Assembly (NCBI GenBank): GCA_001512885.1
Contig: LFSZ01000043.1
Location: forward strand, 2,314 to 66,313
Reading direction: 5' to 3'
Length of the DNA: 64,000 bases
DNA from: Rikenellaceae bacterium DTU001
GTDB lineage: Bacteria; Bacteroidota; Bacteroidia; Bacteroidales; DTU049
In this document: one piece after another, positions 38,621 through 48,995 of the stretch
Layout of the letters: each line of letters opens with the position of its first letter
How positions within the stretch are numbered: the first letter of the stretch is position 1
The notes under the pieces: model-generated
Told to the model about the DNA's origin: nothing
Databases searched by the model: none
Seen by the model: only the letters and a program-made list of their open reading frames with translations
Position numbers and translations under genes: made by a program

Positions 38621-40987
38621 TTATAATATTAATGTAAAAATACTTTTAACTAACAGAGCTACTCCATAAGCTATTATAGTTGTATAAACTACAGTAAACA
38701 TAGCCCACCAAACCGAACCTGTTTCTTTTTTAATAGTTGATAAAGTAGCTATACATGGACAATATAACAAAGCAAAAAACAATAACCCAGCAGCAGATGG
38801 AGGCGACAATATATTAGCCATGGCTCCTCTATTAGGCAATACTATAGATAATGTAGATACTACAAGCTCTTTAGCTACCGAACCACTAATAAGTGCAGAT
38901 ATTACGTGCCATTCGTAGCCTAAAGGTTTAAATATGGGTTCCAAAAACATACTTATTTTAGCTAAATATGAGTTAGAAATACGCTCATATACTAATTGGG
39001 TATGTAAAGAATCCAACAAAGCTGTATTTGTTTCAGTTTCTGTGATTCTTGCTATTTGTGTCTCTATCAATCTAGTATTGTCATTATCTAATGGGAAATG
39101 AGATAAAAACCAAATTACAATAGAAGCTATAAAAATAGTAGTACCAATTTTTTTTAGATACATAGAAGCTCTAAACCACATGTGTTTTATAATAGCATTA
39201 AATGTAGGCATTCTATAAGGCGGTAATTCCATTACAAATGGAGAAGACTCTTTAGCAAATAAAAATTTTCTAAATAAAATAGCAACAATTGCTGCTATTA
39301 ATACGCCAGTTAAGTATAAGATAAATGGCATATATGCTAAAGAATTAGGGAAAAATATATTAATTATAAATACATAGATAGTTAATTTAGCATTGCAAGA
39401 AAAAAATGGATTTATCAATATAGTTATTTTTCTATCCGACGGATTTTCTAATATTCTAGCAGACATAATAGCTGGCACATTGCACCCAAACCCCATTATC
39501 ATTGGTATAAATGATTTGCCATGAAGTCCTATACGATGCATTAATTTATCCATCAAAAAAGCTACTCTACTCAAATAACCTGTATCCTCCATAAAGGCTA
39601 TAAATAAAAATAAAATCATTATATTAGGTAAAAAGACTAAAACGCTACCTATACCAGTAATCACACCATCTATTAATAAATTTTTAAATAATGATGCTGG
39701 CAAAAATCCAGACAAAAATACTTTGAACCAATCTACTCCTGATTCCATCCAATTTTGCAAATAACTACCTAAATAAAAGGTAGAAAAAAACATAACATAA
39801 AGAAAAGCAAGGAAAATGGGGATTCCCCAGATCTTGTGTGTCAATATTTTATCTAGCTTATCGATACTTTGGTCAGCATCCTCTTTTGAATAACTTAATG
39901 TCTCTTTAAGTGCACCTTTAATAAAACCATACCTCACATCTGTAAATAAAAATTCTGATGGTCGATTATATTGTTTTTCAATATTTTCGATACATTTATC
40001 TACTACGTTATTCAGAGAAGCATATTCATTTCTTTTCAGAAAACGATGAAATTCTGGATCTTTTTCTAATAATTTAATAGCTACGAAACGTTGAGATATA
40101 GCAGATTTAGTGAAATTTGTCTTAGCGATCTCATTTTCTATTTTTTCTATACAGGCTTCTACTGGCAGAGGGAAGTGTACGACGCTTTTCACTGTTAAAG
40201 TAGATTCATATCTATCGATGACTGCACTCAAAAGTTTATCTATACCTTTATTTTTTATTCCTATAGTAGGAATAATCGGTATTTTAAACATCTCTTCCAG
40301 TTTATCAATATTTAGCTTTGCTCCTTTTTTTGTTAATTCATCATACATATTAATAGCTATAATCATAGGATAGTCTAATTCCATCAGCTGAGTAGTAAGA
40401 AACATATTACGTTCTATATTAGAAGCATCTATTACATTGATGATAACATCTGGCATTTTTTTAAGTAAATAATGGCGTACAAAGGCTTCTTCTGGTGAAA
40501 ATACTTGAAGAGAATAAGTTCCTGGTAAATCTACAAAAGTGATTTTGTAATCTTTAAATTCTATAGTTCCACTTTTGGCATCTACAGTGACTCCAGCATA
40601 ATTGCCCACATGCTCATGTGCGTGGCTAACGTAATTAAAAATAGTTGTTTTTCCAGAATTTGGATTCCCTATAAGTGCTACTTCTATATTTTTGCTCTTT
40701 TTGGTTATTAAATGTTGAATATTTGTTGAAAGTATATCAATATTTTCAGATTCTTGTAATTCTTCTTCAGTTGTGATTTCAATATTAATAGCTTCACTTC
40801 TCCTGAGAGAAACCTTAGAGCCCATGACTTGAAAGAGTAATGGATCATTAAGGGGAGCTTTGTGTAGCAGAGTGACATTTTCATTGGTTTTAAACCCCAT
40901 TTCCATTAATCTATGACGAAAAGTCTCATTACCCTTGATCTTAACTATGTAGCCACTTTGTCCTATATCTAGATCGTTTAAAGTCAT
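38621..40987 (-). CDS. feoB: Ferrous iron transporter, fused FeoA-FeoB
   Basis: N-terminal FeoA SH3-like segment (LNDLDIGQSGYIVKIKG ... RLMEMGF), G-domain ALIGNPNSGKTTIFN and DLPGTYSL, and a C-terminal polytopic membrane domain. Confidence 0.9.
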   Translation of the reverse strand: MTLNDLDIGQSGYIVKIKGNETFRHRLMEMGFKTNENVTLLHKAPLNDPLLFQVMGSKVSLRRSEAINIEITTEEELQESENIDILSTNIQHLITKKSKNIEVALIGNPNSGKTTIFNYVSHAHEHVGNYAGVTVDAKSGTIEFKDYKITFVDLPGTYSLQVFSPEEAFVRHYLLKKMPDVIINVIDASNIERNMFLTTQLMELDYPMIIAINMYDELTKKGAKLNIDKLEEMFKIPIIPTIGIKNKGIDKLLSAVIDRYESTLTVKSVVHFPLPVEACIEKIENEIAKTNFTKSAISQRFVAIKLLEKDPEFHRFLKRNEYASLNNVVDKCIENIEKQYNRPSEFLFTDVRYGFIKGALKETLSYSKEDADQSIDKLDKILTHKIWGIPIFLAFLYVMFFSTFYLGSYLQNWMESGVDWFKVFLSGFLPASLFKNLLIDGVITGIGSVLVFLPNIMILFLFIAFMEDTGYLSRVAFLMDKLMHRIGLHGKSFIPMIMGFGCNVPAIMSARILENPSDRKITILINPFFSCNAKLTIYVFIINIFFPNSLAYMPFILYLTGVLIAAIVAILFRKFLFAKESSPFVMELPPYRMPTFNAIIKHMWFRASMYLKKIGTTIFIASIVIWFLSHFPLDNDNTRLIETQIARITETETNTALLDSLHTQLVYERISNSYLAKISMFLEPIFKPLGYEWHVISALISGSVAKELVVSTLSIVLPNRGAMANILSPPSAAGLLFFALLYCPCIATLSTIKKETGSVWWAMFTVVYTTIIAYGVALLVKSIFTLIL

Positions 40988-41008
40988 TATCTATTCTATA
41001 ATAAATTG

Positions 41009-41016
41009 CAAAATTA
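41009..41016 (-). promoter_or_regulatory. Bacteroidota-type -7 box (TAATTTTG on minus strand) upstream of feoAB
   Basis: The plus strand reads CAAAATTA, with 21 nt between the box and the feoAB start at 40987. Confidence 0.35.
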
Positions 41017-41435
41017 TGTATAAATGTTTATTAATATATTTCATAATTGATATTTATCAGAAAAATGTGATCTTAAAATGACAACATACAATGGTTTTCC
41101 GATTTTCGAAACTTTTAATCTATGTTTGAAAAATATTATTAATCAGGACCAAAAAAAATCATCACCTTCACTTTTTTGTTCCCCAAAATTAAGATGTTAA
41201 TAATTATATGCTTGAATATTAGTTTCAAAATGCCTTTATTTGCTCATTCTCCTCTAACTCTTCATTGAAACTCTCTACTCATCATAAATCTAAAAATCAT
41301 GCTTCGTATAAGTTTACTAAATGTCATTAACTAAAAGTCTGATTTAAAAAATAATTTTTTCTATACCTATCTCCATAAATATTGAATTATTAACTTATTT
41401 TTTTTAAAAGGTTTAATATATAATATTAAAATAAA

Positions 41436-42305
41436 TCAATATTTAATTACTTTTTTCCATCTTTTATGTGACCATAAATAGTCTCCAGGGTGTTCGCAAA
41501 TAGCTTTTTCTAAAACATTTGCAAATCTTTGTGTAATGGTTTTTGATTCTACTTTTTCTTCTCCATTATAAATTAAATGATATTTGGTAGTATATTCAAA
41601 AGGTTTTATATATAATATATCTGCAAAAAAAACTGGCATATTAAATTTAGTAGCTAAAAATTCTATGCCTCGATGAAAAGGTGTATTTATTCCAAAAAAA
41701 TCCACCCAATGCACCCCTGTATCTGTAGCTGGAGATTGATCTGCGACCATTAAAAAAACAGATGGAGTGCCTTGCTTTGAAACTTTTAATATATGCCTTG
41801 CAGCAGATCGATTGTCTATGAAAATAGTATTGGGAGAATGTAGATTATTTCTTAGCCAATTATCAATATACTTATTAGATAATGGTTTATAAACCATATA
41901 GACTGGCACTTCTAAAACCTCTGATAAAATTATTTGTGTCGTCCATGCATTCAAATGTCCCAATGCTATCATCACATTTTTGCCTTCTGATAAACATTTT
42001 TTTATTTCATTTATATTTTCAAATTTTAGATATTTTAATCTTTTAGTTTTATTTGTAGTCCCATTAATAGCTATATCTATGATTAATCTGGCAAAATAAT
42101 GATAAAATTGTTTTTCGATTTTTTTATAATAATTTTTAGATTTATCAGGAAATGCTAATTTTAAATTTTTTTGAACTACTTTTTTTCGATAGTGTAGCAA
42201 ATGATATGTAATGAAATAAATAAAATAATCCCAAAAAAAAAGTAAAAAATGAGGAGTATAACCTATTAATATTTGAAGTAATCTAGCAAAAAAGGATGTT
42301 AACAT
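41436..42305 (-). CDS. Lipid A biosynthesis late acyltransferase (LpxL/HtrB family)
   Basis: 289 aa with an N-terminal TM helix. ALGHLNAWT aligns to the HX4D/E acyltransferase motif region, and the C-terminal block is DYLWSHKRWK. Confidence 0.7.
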   Translation of the reverse strand: MLTSFFARLLQILIGYTPHFLLFFWDYFIYFITYHLLHYRKKVVQKNLKLAFPDKSKNYYKKIEKQFYHYFARLIIDIAINGTTNKTKRLKYLKFENINEIKKCLSEGKNVMIALGHLNAWTTQIILSEVLEVPVYMVYKPLSNKYIDNWLRNNLHSPNTIFIDNRSAARHILKVSKQGTPSVFLMVADQSPATDTGVHWVDFFGINTPFHRGIEFLATKFNMPVFFADILYIKPFEYTTKYHLIYNGEEKVESKTITQRFANVLEKAICEHPGDYLWSHKRWKKVIKY

Positions 42306-42560
42306 TATAAAATTTTTACAAAAATATATATTTATATTTACAAAAAAGATTTTAATACTAAATAATTAATACACTTAAAAGCTAATAAAAAATAAAAACA
42401 ACAACAAATGACTTTCGGCTTTCTTGCTTTTTTATCTCTCATTTTATCATTTATAGCTTTTATATTAAACTTTAGTAATTTTTAATTAAAATAAAAAACA
42501 ATCTTAAATAAAATCAGTTAATGTTTTAGATAATACATATTTTACTTTCGATAAAAATAT

Positions 42561-42568
42561 TATTTTTG
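42561..42568 (+). promoter_or_regulatory. Bacteroidota-type -7 box (TATTTTTG) upstream of TPR-histidine kinase
   Basis: Matches TAnnTTTG. It is 11 nt from TTG 42580 and 17 nt from ATG 42586, which favours 42586 as the start. Confidence 0.4.
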
Positions 42569-42579
42569 CATAAATAATA

Positions 42580-44631
42580 TTGAAAATGAAAAATTTTTTA
42601 AAAATATTTCTATGTGTTATATTGTGTATTTTATGTATACCAAGATTAAATTCCAAAAATACTTATGATATCGATAAGGAGTTTATCGATATTATAACTA
42701 AAAGATCTTTGGATGATATAACTGATAATCTAAAAAACATAAAAGATACAATTAAAATATTTAATATTTTAGATACTTTAGAAAATCAAGCTTTATATAA
42801 AAATGATTTAAACCTTAGAGCTAAAATAGAATTTACTAGAGGTTGTTTGCATTACTTAGGTTCTAATCATATACAATCATTAAAACATTTTTCCACATCA
42901 TACAGGATTTTTACTTCACTACACGATACTGTAGGCATAGTATATTCTTTATATTATCAAAGTGTAATTGCTTTTAATATAAATTTGAATTCAATAATAG
43001 TATCAAACTTTTTCGAAGCTAAAGATTATCTACCAGGATTTAAAAATGATAGTTTATTAATAGAATTTTACAGATTATTAGGTTCAGCATATTTTAATAT
43101 GGGCTTTTACAAAGAAAGTATAGATGCTGTACAATCTGCAATACAACTATCATACCATATCAATAGTAAAGAACAATTGTTGCGTTCATACATGAATTTA
43201 GCATTAAATTTTATAGAATTAAAAAAATATAAAGAAGCCGAAGAAATACTATTATATGTTTTAGAAAAAGCCCAAGAATCAAATAATTACAATTTAATAG
43301 GTACTGCTTATTCTTATATTGGATACTTATATAATGAATTTGGAGAATATGAAAAAGGAATAGAATATAATAAAAAAGCTTTAGAATTTAGAAAAAAAAT
43401 CAATGATAAACGTGGTATATCTACCGAATTAAATAATATAGCAGATGGATATTATAAATTAGGTAATTATACAATGTCTATTGAGTTTAGCAAAGAAGCA
43501 TTAAAATATGCAGATAGTGCTAATCTAACAAATGCTAAGATATCAGCCAATTTTATTTTAGCACAATCTTATGCTTGTCTTGGTAATTATAAAGGTGCTT
43601 TCGATGCATTATTAAAATCTTATACTGCTTATAAAGAAAAATATAATCAAAATTTTATTCAAGAAGTACTGGATATACTTGTGAAAACTTCTTATGATTA
43701 TCTTATTAATGAAAACATGGCATTAAAGCAAAAATTAGAAATAAATGCTAAACTTATAAAAAATAATCGCAATTTACAGTTTTTTATGGTTTTGATAATA
43801 ATCATTACTATTATTATCGCCTACTTTTTGTTTAGAAATACAATGAAAAATCGTAGATTAGTTAAAGAAATGGCTAAAATAAACCTAGAATTAATAGAGA
43901 CTAATAAAAAACTAATAGAAAACGAAGAAGCCTTAAAAATAGCAAATGCAACTAAAGATAAATTTTTGAGCATCATAGCTCATGATATACGCAATCCGAT
44001 AGCTAGTATGATAAGTTTTATCAGAATAATGAGAAGAGATTTTAATGATCTAACAAAAGAAGAGAGAAATGCTCTGATAGATGAGCTAGAAAAGGTTGTG
44101 AATAACACAAATCAATTACTTGACAATTTGCTTTTATGGGTAAGATCTCAATCAGGTAAAATAGAAGTAAAAATAGTAGATACTAATCTAAATAATATAA
44201 TATCTCACGTGCAAGATTTGTTTACATCAATAGCTAAAAACAAAAATATTGATTTAATAATTGAAGGTGATACTAATATAGATATAAAAACAGATGTGGA
44301 TATGTTAAATACTATTTTGCGTAATCTTGTAAATAATGCTATAAAATTTACTCACCCTCAAGGTACAGTAACTATTAGTACTGAAATATCAAACGGTAAT
44401 TTGATAATTTCTGTATCTGATACGGGTATTGGAATGTCCGAAGAATTACAAGAAAAATTATTTAAAATCGGTGAAAAAGTAGTTCAGAATGGTACTAATA
44501 AGGAAACTGGCTCTGGATTAGGTTTGTTACTCGTTAAAGAATTTGTCACACTTTTAAATGGTAAATTAGAATTAGAAAGTGAAAAGGGCAAAGGGACTAC
44601 TTTTAGAATATATTTGCCCTTGGATTTTTAA
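42580..44631 (+). CDS. TPR-domain sensor histidine kinase (signal peptide + TPR sensor + TM + HisKA + HATPase_c)
   Basis: TPR-like repeats across roughly aa 150-340, a TM helix FFMVLIIIITIIIAYFLF, H-box LSIIAHDIRNPI, and N/G boxes RNLVNNAIKF, DTGIGM and GSGLGLLLV. Confidence 0.8.
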   Translation: MKMKNFLKIFLCVILCILCIPRLNSKNTYDIDKEFIDIITKRSLDDITDNLKNIKDTIKIFNILDTLENQALYKNDLNLRAKIEFTRGCLHYLGSNHIQSLKHFSTSYRIFTSLHDTVGIVYSLYYQSVIAFNINLNSIIVSNFFEAKDYLPGFKNDSLLIEFYRLLGSAYFNMGFYKESIDAVQSAIQLSYHINSKEQLLRSYMNLALNFIELKKYKEAEEILLYVLEKAQESNNYNLIGTAYSYIGYLYNEFGEYEKGIEYNKKALEFRKKINDKRGISTELNNIADGYYKLGNYTMSIEFSKEALKYADSANLTNAKISANFILAQSYACLGNYKGAFDALLKSYTAYKEKYNQNFIQEVLDILVKTSYDYLINENMALKQKLEINAKLIKNNRNLQFFMVLIIIITIIIAYFLFRNTMKNRRLVKEMAKINLELIETNKKLIENEEALKIANATKDKFLSIIAHDIRNPIASMISFIRIMRRDFNDLTKEERNALIDELEKVVNNTNQLLDNLLLWVRSQSGKIEVKIVDTNLNNIISHVQDLFTSIAKNKNIDLIIEGDTNIDIKTDVDMLNTILRNLVNNAIKFTHPQGTVTISTEISNGNLIISVSDTGIGMSEELQEKLFKIGEKVVQNGTNKETGSGLGLLLVKEFVTLLNGKLELESEKGKGTTFRIYLPLDF

Positions 44632-44728
44632 TTTATTTGTACTGATATTGAATTTCATATTTATTTATAAAGTAATCATTTAATTAACATTTGATAATTT
44701 ACAACTTCCAATAATTTTATTTTTTATG

Positions 44729-44736
44729 TATATTTG
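44729..44736 (+). promoter_or_regulatory. Bacteroidota-type -7 box (TATATTTG) upstream of OmpA-family gene
   Basis: Matches TAnnTTTG, with 43 nt between the box and the ATG at 44780. Confidence 0.35.
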
Positions 44737-44779
44737 CATTACATTATGTGATTATGATTGAATAATAAAAAATGAAAAA

Positions 44780-46771
44780 ATGAAAAAAATTTATATATTT
44801 TTTGCAAGCTTAATTAGTATTTTATCCATTTCAGCACAAGATTACAATTGTACAAGCATTCCTAAAAGCAAACATCAACAAAAATTGGACCTTGCTATTT
44901 CAAAAATATATCAAGGCATGCAAAGCAAATTTATTGAATCTCAAAAAATTTATTTTAGTGAAGCTACCGAAATTTTAAAATCTATAAATGAAAATCATGA
45001 ATATCCTATTGTTAACTATTATTTAGGATTAACATATATTTATAAACCTGATAATAATTTTTACCTTGCAGAACAATATTTAAAAAAAGCAATAGATGCT
45101 TGTCCTGATGATATACCAGAGGCATATTTTCATTTAGGTAAATTAGCATATACTAATAATGATAAATGTGAGGCTATAAATTATTTTAAGCGTTTTTTAT
45201 CTTATGAAGGTGATTTTGATACTCTTTTGGATGAAGCTCGATTGCTTTTGAAGTGGAGTATAGAGATATGTGACATAATCAGTAATCCCGTTCCTTTTGA
45301 GCCTAAATTAGTAAAAGGTATTAGTAGTCCTTTAGATGACTATTTAGTGTCTTTGAGTCCTGATAATGAAATAGCCTATTATACTAGAAAAACAAAAGAA
45401 TATCAATTATCCGGTTATAAGTCTGAGCCTGCATTTCAAGAAAGATTTTACTATAGTTATCGTATTGGTAAAAATGAGTTTGATAATGGCAAACTAATGC
45501 CATATCCTTTTAATAGAAATGAAAATGAAGGCGGTGCTACGATTACAGGTAATAACAAAGAATTGATCTATACTGTATGTATAATGGTCAATAGTCCCAG
45601 ACAGTATTATAATTGCGATTTATATTCATCGAGATACGTGAAAGGTTATTGGACAGATATCATACCACTAGATAGAGTTAATAGGCCAGATACTTGGGAA
45701 AGTATGCCATCAATAACTGCTGATGGTCAAGAGTTATATTTTGTGAGCAATAGACCTGGAGGTATAGGTGGTTATGATATTTATAAAAGTATAAGAGATC
45801 AAAATGGTGAATGGTCTGAACCTATTAATTTGGGCAGACCTATTAATACTCCTGGTGATGAAAAATCGCCATTTATTCATACTGATACTCGTACCTTATA
45901 TTTTAGTTCTAATGGACATCCTGGAATAGGCGGTTATGATATTTTTTATGTAAAATTGAATGATAATGATGATAAATCTTATCTGAAAGTCAAAAATATA
46001 GGGTTTCCAATAAATACCGAAAATGATGAAGTGGGTTTCGTAGTGAGTCTAGATGGTAGATATGGCTATTTTGCTAGTAATAATATTAAAAATCAAAGCA
46101 TTGGTGGAATGGATTTTTATTATTTCGATTTGCATCCTGATGCTAAACCAGAAGAAGTATTGTTGGTAAAAGGAAATCTAAAATCTCAAGATACTACACA
46201 GTCTGTAAAAGCTACTATACAGATAAAAAGCATGGAAAGCAAAAAAGTATCGTTTATTCCTGTAGATGATGAGGGAGATTATGCAGCTACATTGTTAAAA
46301 AATGAAGATTATTTATTAACTATAAAAGGCGAAGATATTGTTTATCAGAGTACTTATATATCTGCTAGAGATTCATTAGAGGCTTCAATTATAGAGCTAG
46401 AAATGGAAGTACAACCTATAGAGCTGGGAATGCACTATCGCTTACACAATATTTATTTTGCTTTTAATTCTGCAGATATTTTACCTAGTTCTCAAAAGGT
46501 ACTCGATGAGTTTATAATATTTTTGAATGATCACCCTACTATGAAAATTAGCATCGAAGGACATACGGACTATATCGGTAGCGACGATTTCAACTTGATA
46601 CTTTCCGAAAAAAGAGCAAGGGCAGTTTATGACTATTTAGTTATTAATGGAATAAATAAAAATCGTTTGGAATGTAAAGGTTTTGGTAAACAAAGACCAA
46701 TAGCCACAAATGACACTGAAGAGGGTAGAGCAATGAATAGAAGGACTGAATTTGTGATATTGAGTTATTAA
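44780..46771 (+). CDS. OmpA-family protein with TPR and TolB-like beta-propeller repeats
   Basis: Repeated PINTxxDExxPF motifs (WD40-like/TolB repeats) and a C-terminal OmpA domain: NIYFAFNSADI ... GHTDYIGSDDFNLILSEKRARAV ... NRRTEFVI. Confidence 0.85.
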   Translation: MKKIYIFFASLISILSISAQDYNCTSIPKSKHQQKLDLAISKIYQGMQSKFIESQKIYFSEATEILKSINENHEYPIVNYYLGLTYIYKPDNNFYLAEQYLKKAIDACPDDIPEAYFHLGKLAYTNNDKCEAINYFKRFLSYEGDFDTLLDEARLLLKWSIEICDIISNPVPFEPKLVKGISSPLDDYLVSLSPDNEIAYYTRKTKEYQLSGYKSEPAFQERFYYSYRIGKNEFDNGKLMPYPFNRNENEGGATITGNNKELIYTVCIMVNSPRQYYNCDLYSSRYVKGYWTDIIPLDRVNRPDTWESMPSITADGQELYFVSNRPGGIGGYDIYKSIRDQNGEWSEPINLGRPINTPGDEKSPFIHTDTRTLYFSSNGHPGIGGYDIFYVKLNDNDDKSYLKVKNIGFPINTENDEVGFVVSLDGRYGYFASNNIKNQSIGGMDFYYFDLHPDAKPEEVLLVKGNLKSQDTTQSVKATIQIKSMESKKVSFIPVDDEGDYAATLLKNEDYLLTIKGEDIVYQSTYISARDSLEASIIELEMEVQPIELGMHYRLHNIYFAFNSADILPSSQKVLDEFIIFLNDHPTMKISIEGHTDYIGSDDFNLILSEKRARAVYDYLVINGINKNRLECKGFGKQRPIATNDTEEGRAMNRRTEFVILSY

Positions 46772-46810
46772 AATTGATATTTAATCATTTAAATGTGAAA
46801 AATTTCATAA

Positions 46811-47464
46811 TTACTCAATAACTCCATCTTTTATATATACTATTCTATCTGATATTTTTGCAAAAGACTCTTGGTGGGTTACTAAAATTATTGTGCGTTT
46901 GCATTCATCACGCAATTTCTTGAATAAATTTATTACTTCTTGAGCATTTTTACTATCTAGATTACCAGTAGGCTCATCAGCAAGTAAAACTTTAGGATTG
47001 TTGATCAAAGCTCTAGCAATAGCTACACGTTGTTGTTCGCCTCCTGATAGTTCTTGTGGTCTATGAGTAAAGCGATGTGATAAATTTAAATTTTCCAATA
47101 ATATTTTAGCTTTATCCATAGCTTCATCTTTGTTTAGACCACCTATTAATACTGGAAGCATTACATTTTCGATAGCTGTAAACTCCGGTAAAAGATGATG
47201 AAACTGAAATACAAACCCAAGATTTTTATTACGAAAATCACTCAATTCTTTATCATTTAATTTATAAATATCTATATCATTATATTTCACTGTGCCACTA
47301 TCCGGTTTTTCTAATGTGCCAATTAAATGTAGCAATGTAGACTTGCCAGCGCCGCTAGGTCCTACTATCGATATAAATTCATTTTCTTTTATTTCTAAAT
47401 TGATACCTTTCAAAACTTCAACAGGCTTAAAGGATTTATAAATGTTTTCTAATTTAATTATCAT
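46811..47464 (-). CDS. lolD: Lipoprotein-releasing system ATP-binding protein LolD-like
   Basis: Walker [10 protein letters not shown], signature [15 protein letters not shown] and Walker [13 protein letters not shown] divergent LolC/E-type permease lies next door. Confidence 0.8.
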   Translation of the reverse strand: MIIKLENIYKSFKPVEVLKGINLEIKENEFISIVGPSGAGKSTLLHLIGTLEKPDSGTVKYNDIDIYKLNDKELSDFRNKNLGFVFQFHHLLPEFTAIENVMLPVLIGGLNKDEAMDKAKILLENLNLSHRFTHRPQELSGGEQQRVAIARALINNPKVLLADEPTGNLDSKNAQEVINLFKKLRDECKRTIILVTHQESFAKISDRIVYIKDGVIE

Positions 47465-47558
47465 AATTTCAAAAAATTAACATAAAATTATTGCCAAAAT
47501 TACAAATCAAAAATTAATTATATTTATTTTAATAATAATTAATTCTTTTTAATTACTT

Positions 47559-48797
47559 TTGTTACAAAAAAATTTGAAAATCGATAGGTATCTTGCTTCT
47601 AAATTGATACAAAGTAAACAAGAAGGGTCAGCGCGCCCTATACTGATAATTGCTCAAATATCAATAGCTATTAGTATTTTTGCTATGCTTATTTCTTTTG
47701 CTATCATTAGAGGATTCAAAACTGAAATTAAAGAAAAAGTAGTCGGTTTTAATGGTCATCTACAAATTGCTAATTATAGTAGTTTAGTAGAAGTTTATAC
47801 TAGCGATCCTATTGCATATCCACGCGATGATGTAGAAAGTTTGAAATCTATTAGTGGTATCGTCTCTATAGCACCTGTAATAGAAAAACCAGCAATTCTA
47901 CACGAAGATAATTTAATCGAAGGGATCATCTTTAAAGGTATTAATGCTGATTACCCAAAAGATTTCTTCGAAAAAAATCTTGTAAAAGGTCGCTTCCCTA
48001 ATTTAGATACAGCCCTCACTGAAGTATGTATTTCTAAAAATATTGCCCAAAAGTATAATCTAGACATAGATAGTGCTGTTAGAATTTATTTTTTTAAAGA
48101 AGGTCAATACACTCCAAGAGGTCGTAAATTAAAAATTGTTGGTATTTATAATACCGGATTACAAGATTATGACAATCATTACGTTTTAGGTAATATTAAA
48201 ATTCCTCAACAGATAGATGGTTGGAGTGATTCATTAGTAGCAGCTTACGAAATATATCTGACAGATATCGATAAAATAGATATTATAAAACCATTGATAT
48301 TGCAAAGGCTAAATTATGATGTGCAATTAATAGACGTCAGAGACAAAGAAAATCGTTTTTTTTCATGGTTAGAAATGCTAAATAGTAATGTGGTAGTGAT
48401 ATATATTCTAATGGCTATCGTCGCTTTTATTAATATTATTAGCATTTTACTAATATTAATCTTAGAAAAAATCAAATTTATCGGACTAATGAAGACTCTG
48501 GGAATGACCACAAATAATCTTTCAAAAGTATTTTTGTGGATTACAATGCGGTATATATGTTATAGTTTGATCATTGGTAATGTAGTTACAATTTTATTGA
48601 TAATTGCTCAAAATCTATGGCACCTGATACCACTCAATGAAGCTATGTACTACATGTCATATGTGCCTATGCAGTTTGATTTTGATTATTTCATTTTTGC
48701 CAATTTAGCTATTATATTTTTAGGTTTATTAGGAATAGTGATACCTCGCTTGGTTATCAAGCAGATATCACCTGCAGAAGCTTTAAAAATAGAATAG
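47559..48797 (+). CDS. LolC/LolE-family lipoprotein-release permease
   Basis: 412 aa with an N-terminal TM helix, a periplasmic MacB-like domain and a C-terminal FtsX domain. TTG start as listed. Confidence 0.8.
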   Translation: MLQKNLKIDRYLASKLIQSKQEGSARPILIIAQISIAISIFAMLISFAIIRGFKTEIKEKVVGFNGHLQIANYSSLVEVYTSDPIAYPRDDVESLKSISGIVSIAPVIEKPAILHEDNLIEGIIFKGINADYPKDFFEKNLVKGRFPNLDTALTEVCISKNIAQKYNLDIDSAVRIYFFKEGQYTPRGRKLKIVGIYNTGLQDYDNHYVLGNIKIPQQIDGWSDSLVAAYEIYLTDIDKIDIIKPLILQRLNYDVQLIDVRDKENRFFSWLEMLNSNVVVIYILMAIVAFINIISILLILILEKIKFIGLMKTLGMTTNNLSKVFLWITMRYICYSLIIGNVVTILLIIAQNLWHLIPLNEAMYYMSYVPMQFDFDYFIFANLAIIFLGLLGIVIPRLVIKQISPAEALKIE

Positions 48798-48965
48798 ATA
48801 ACAAGTAATTGAAATGAAAATCAAATAATTAAGTATACTAGTGATTTATTAATTTTCAATTTATTTAAATTAATCTTAGCGAATTGATTTTATGATATTT
48901 AAATGCCCAAGTTTTAACTTTTAAATTAGATTAATTTACTATTTTTGATGAAATTTTTAAATTTA

Positions 48966-48973
48966 TATTTTTG
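48966..48973 (+). promoter_or_regulatory. Bacteroidota-type -7 box (TATTTTTG) upstream of GH18 gene
   Basis: Matches TAnnTTTG, with 22 nt between the box and the ATG at 48996. Confidence 0.4.
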
Positions 48974-48995
48974 TAATAAATAAAAATATATAAAT

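Noticed and set aside
41078-41200. A 40-aa ORF (MTTYNGFPIFETFNLCLKNIINQDQKKSSPSLFCSPKLRC) in the long feoAB upstream gap.
   Set aside because: It has no motif, no promoter box, and no way to assess conservation here. It is treated as part of the unexplained spacer rather than as a gene.
42408-42485. A 25-aa hydrophobic mini-ORF (MTFGFLAFLSLILSFIAFILNFSNF) in the spacer upstream of the TPR-histidine kinase.
   Set aside because: It has no -7 box at a suitable distance and no recognisable family. T-rich spacers readily generate Phe/Leu/Ile mini-ORFs. It is not supportable without expression or conservation data.
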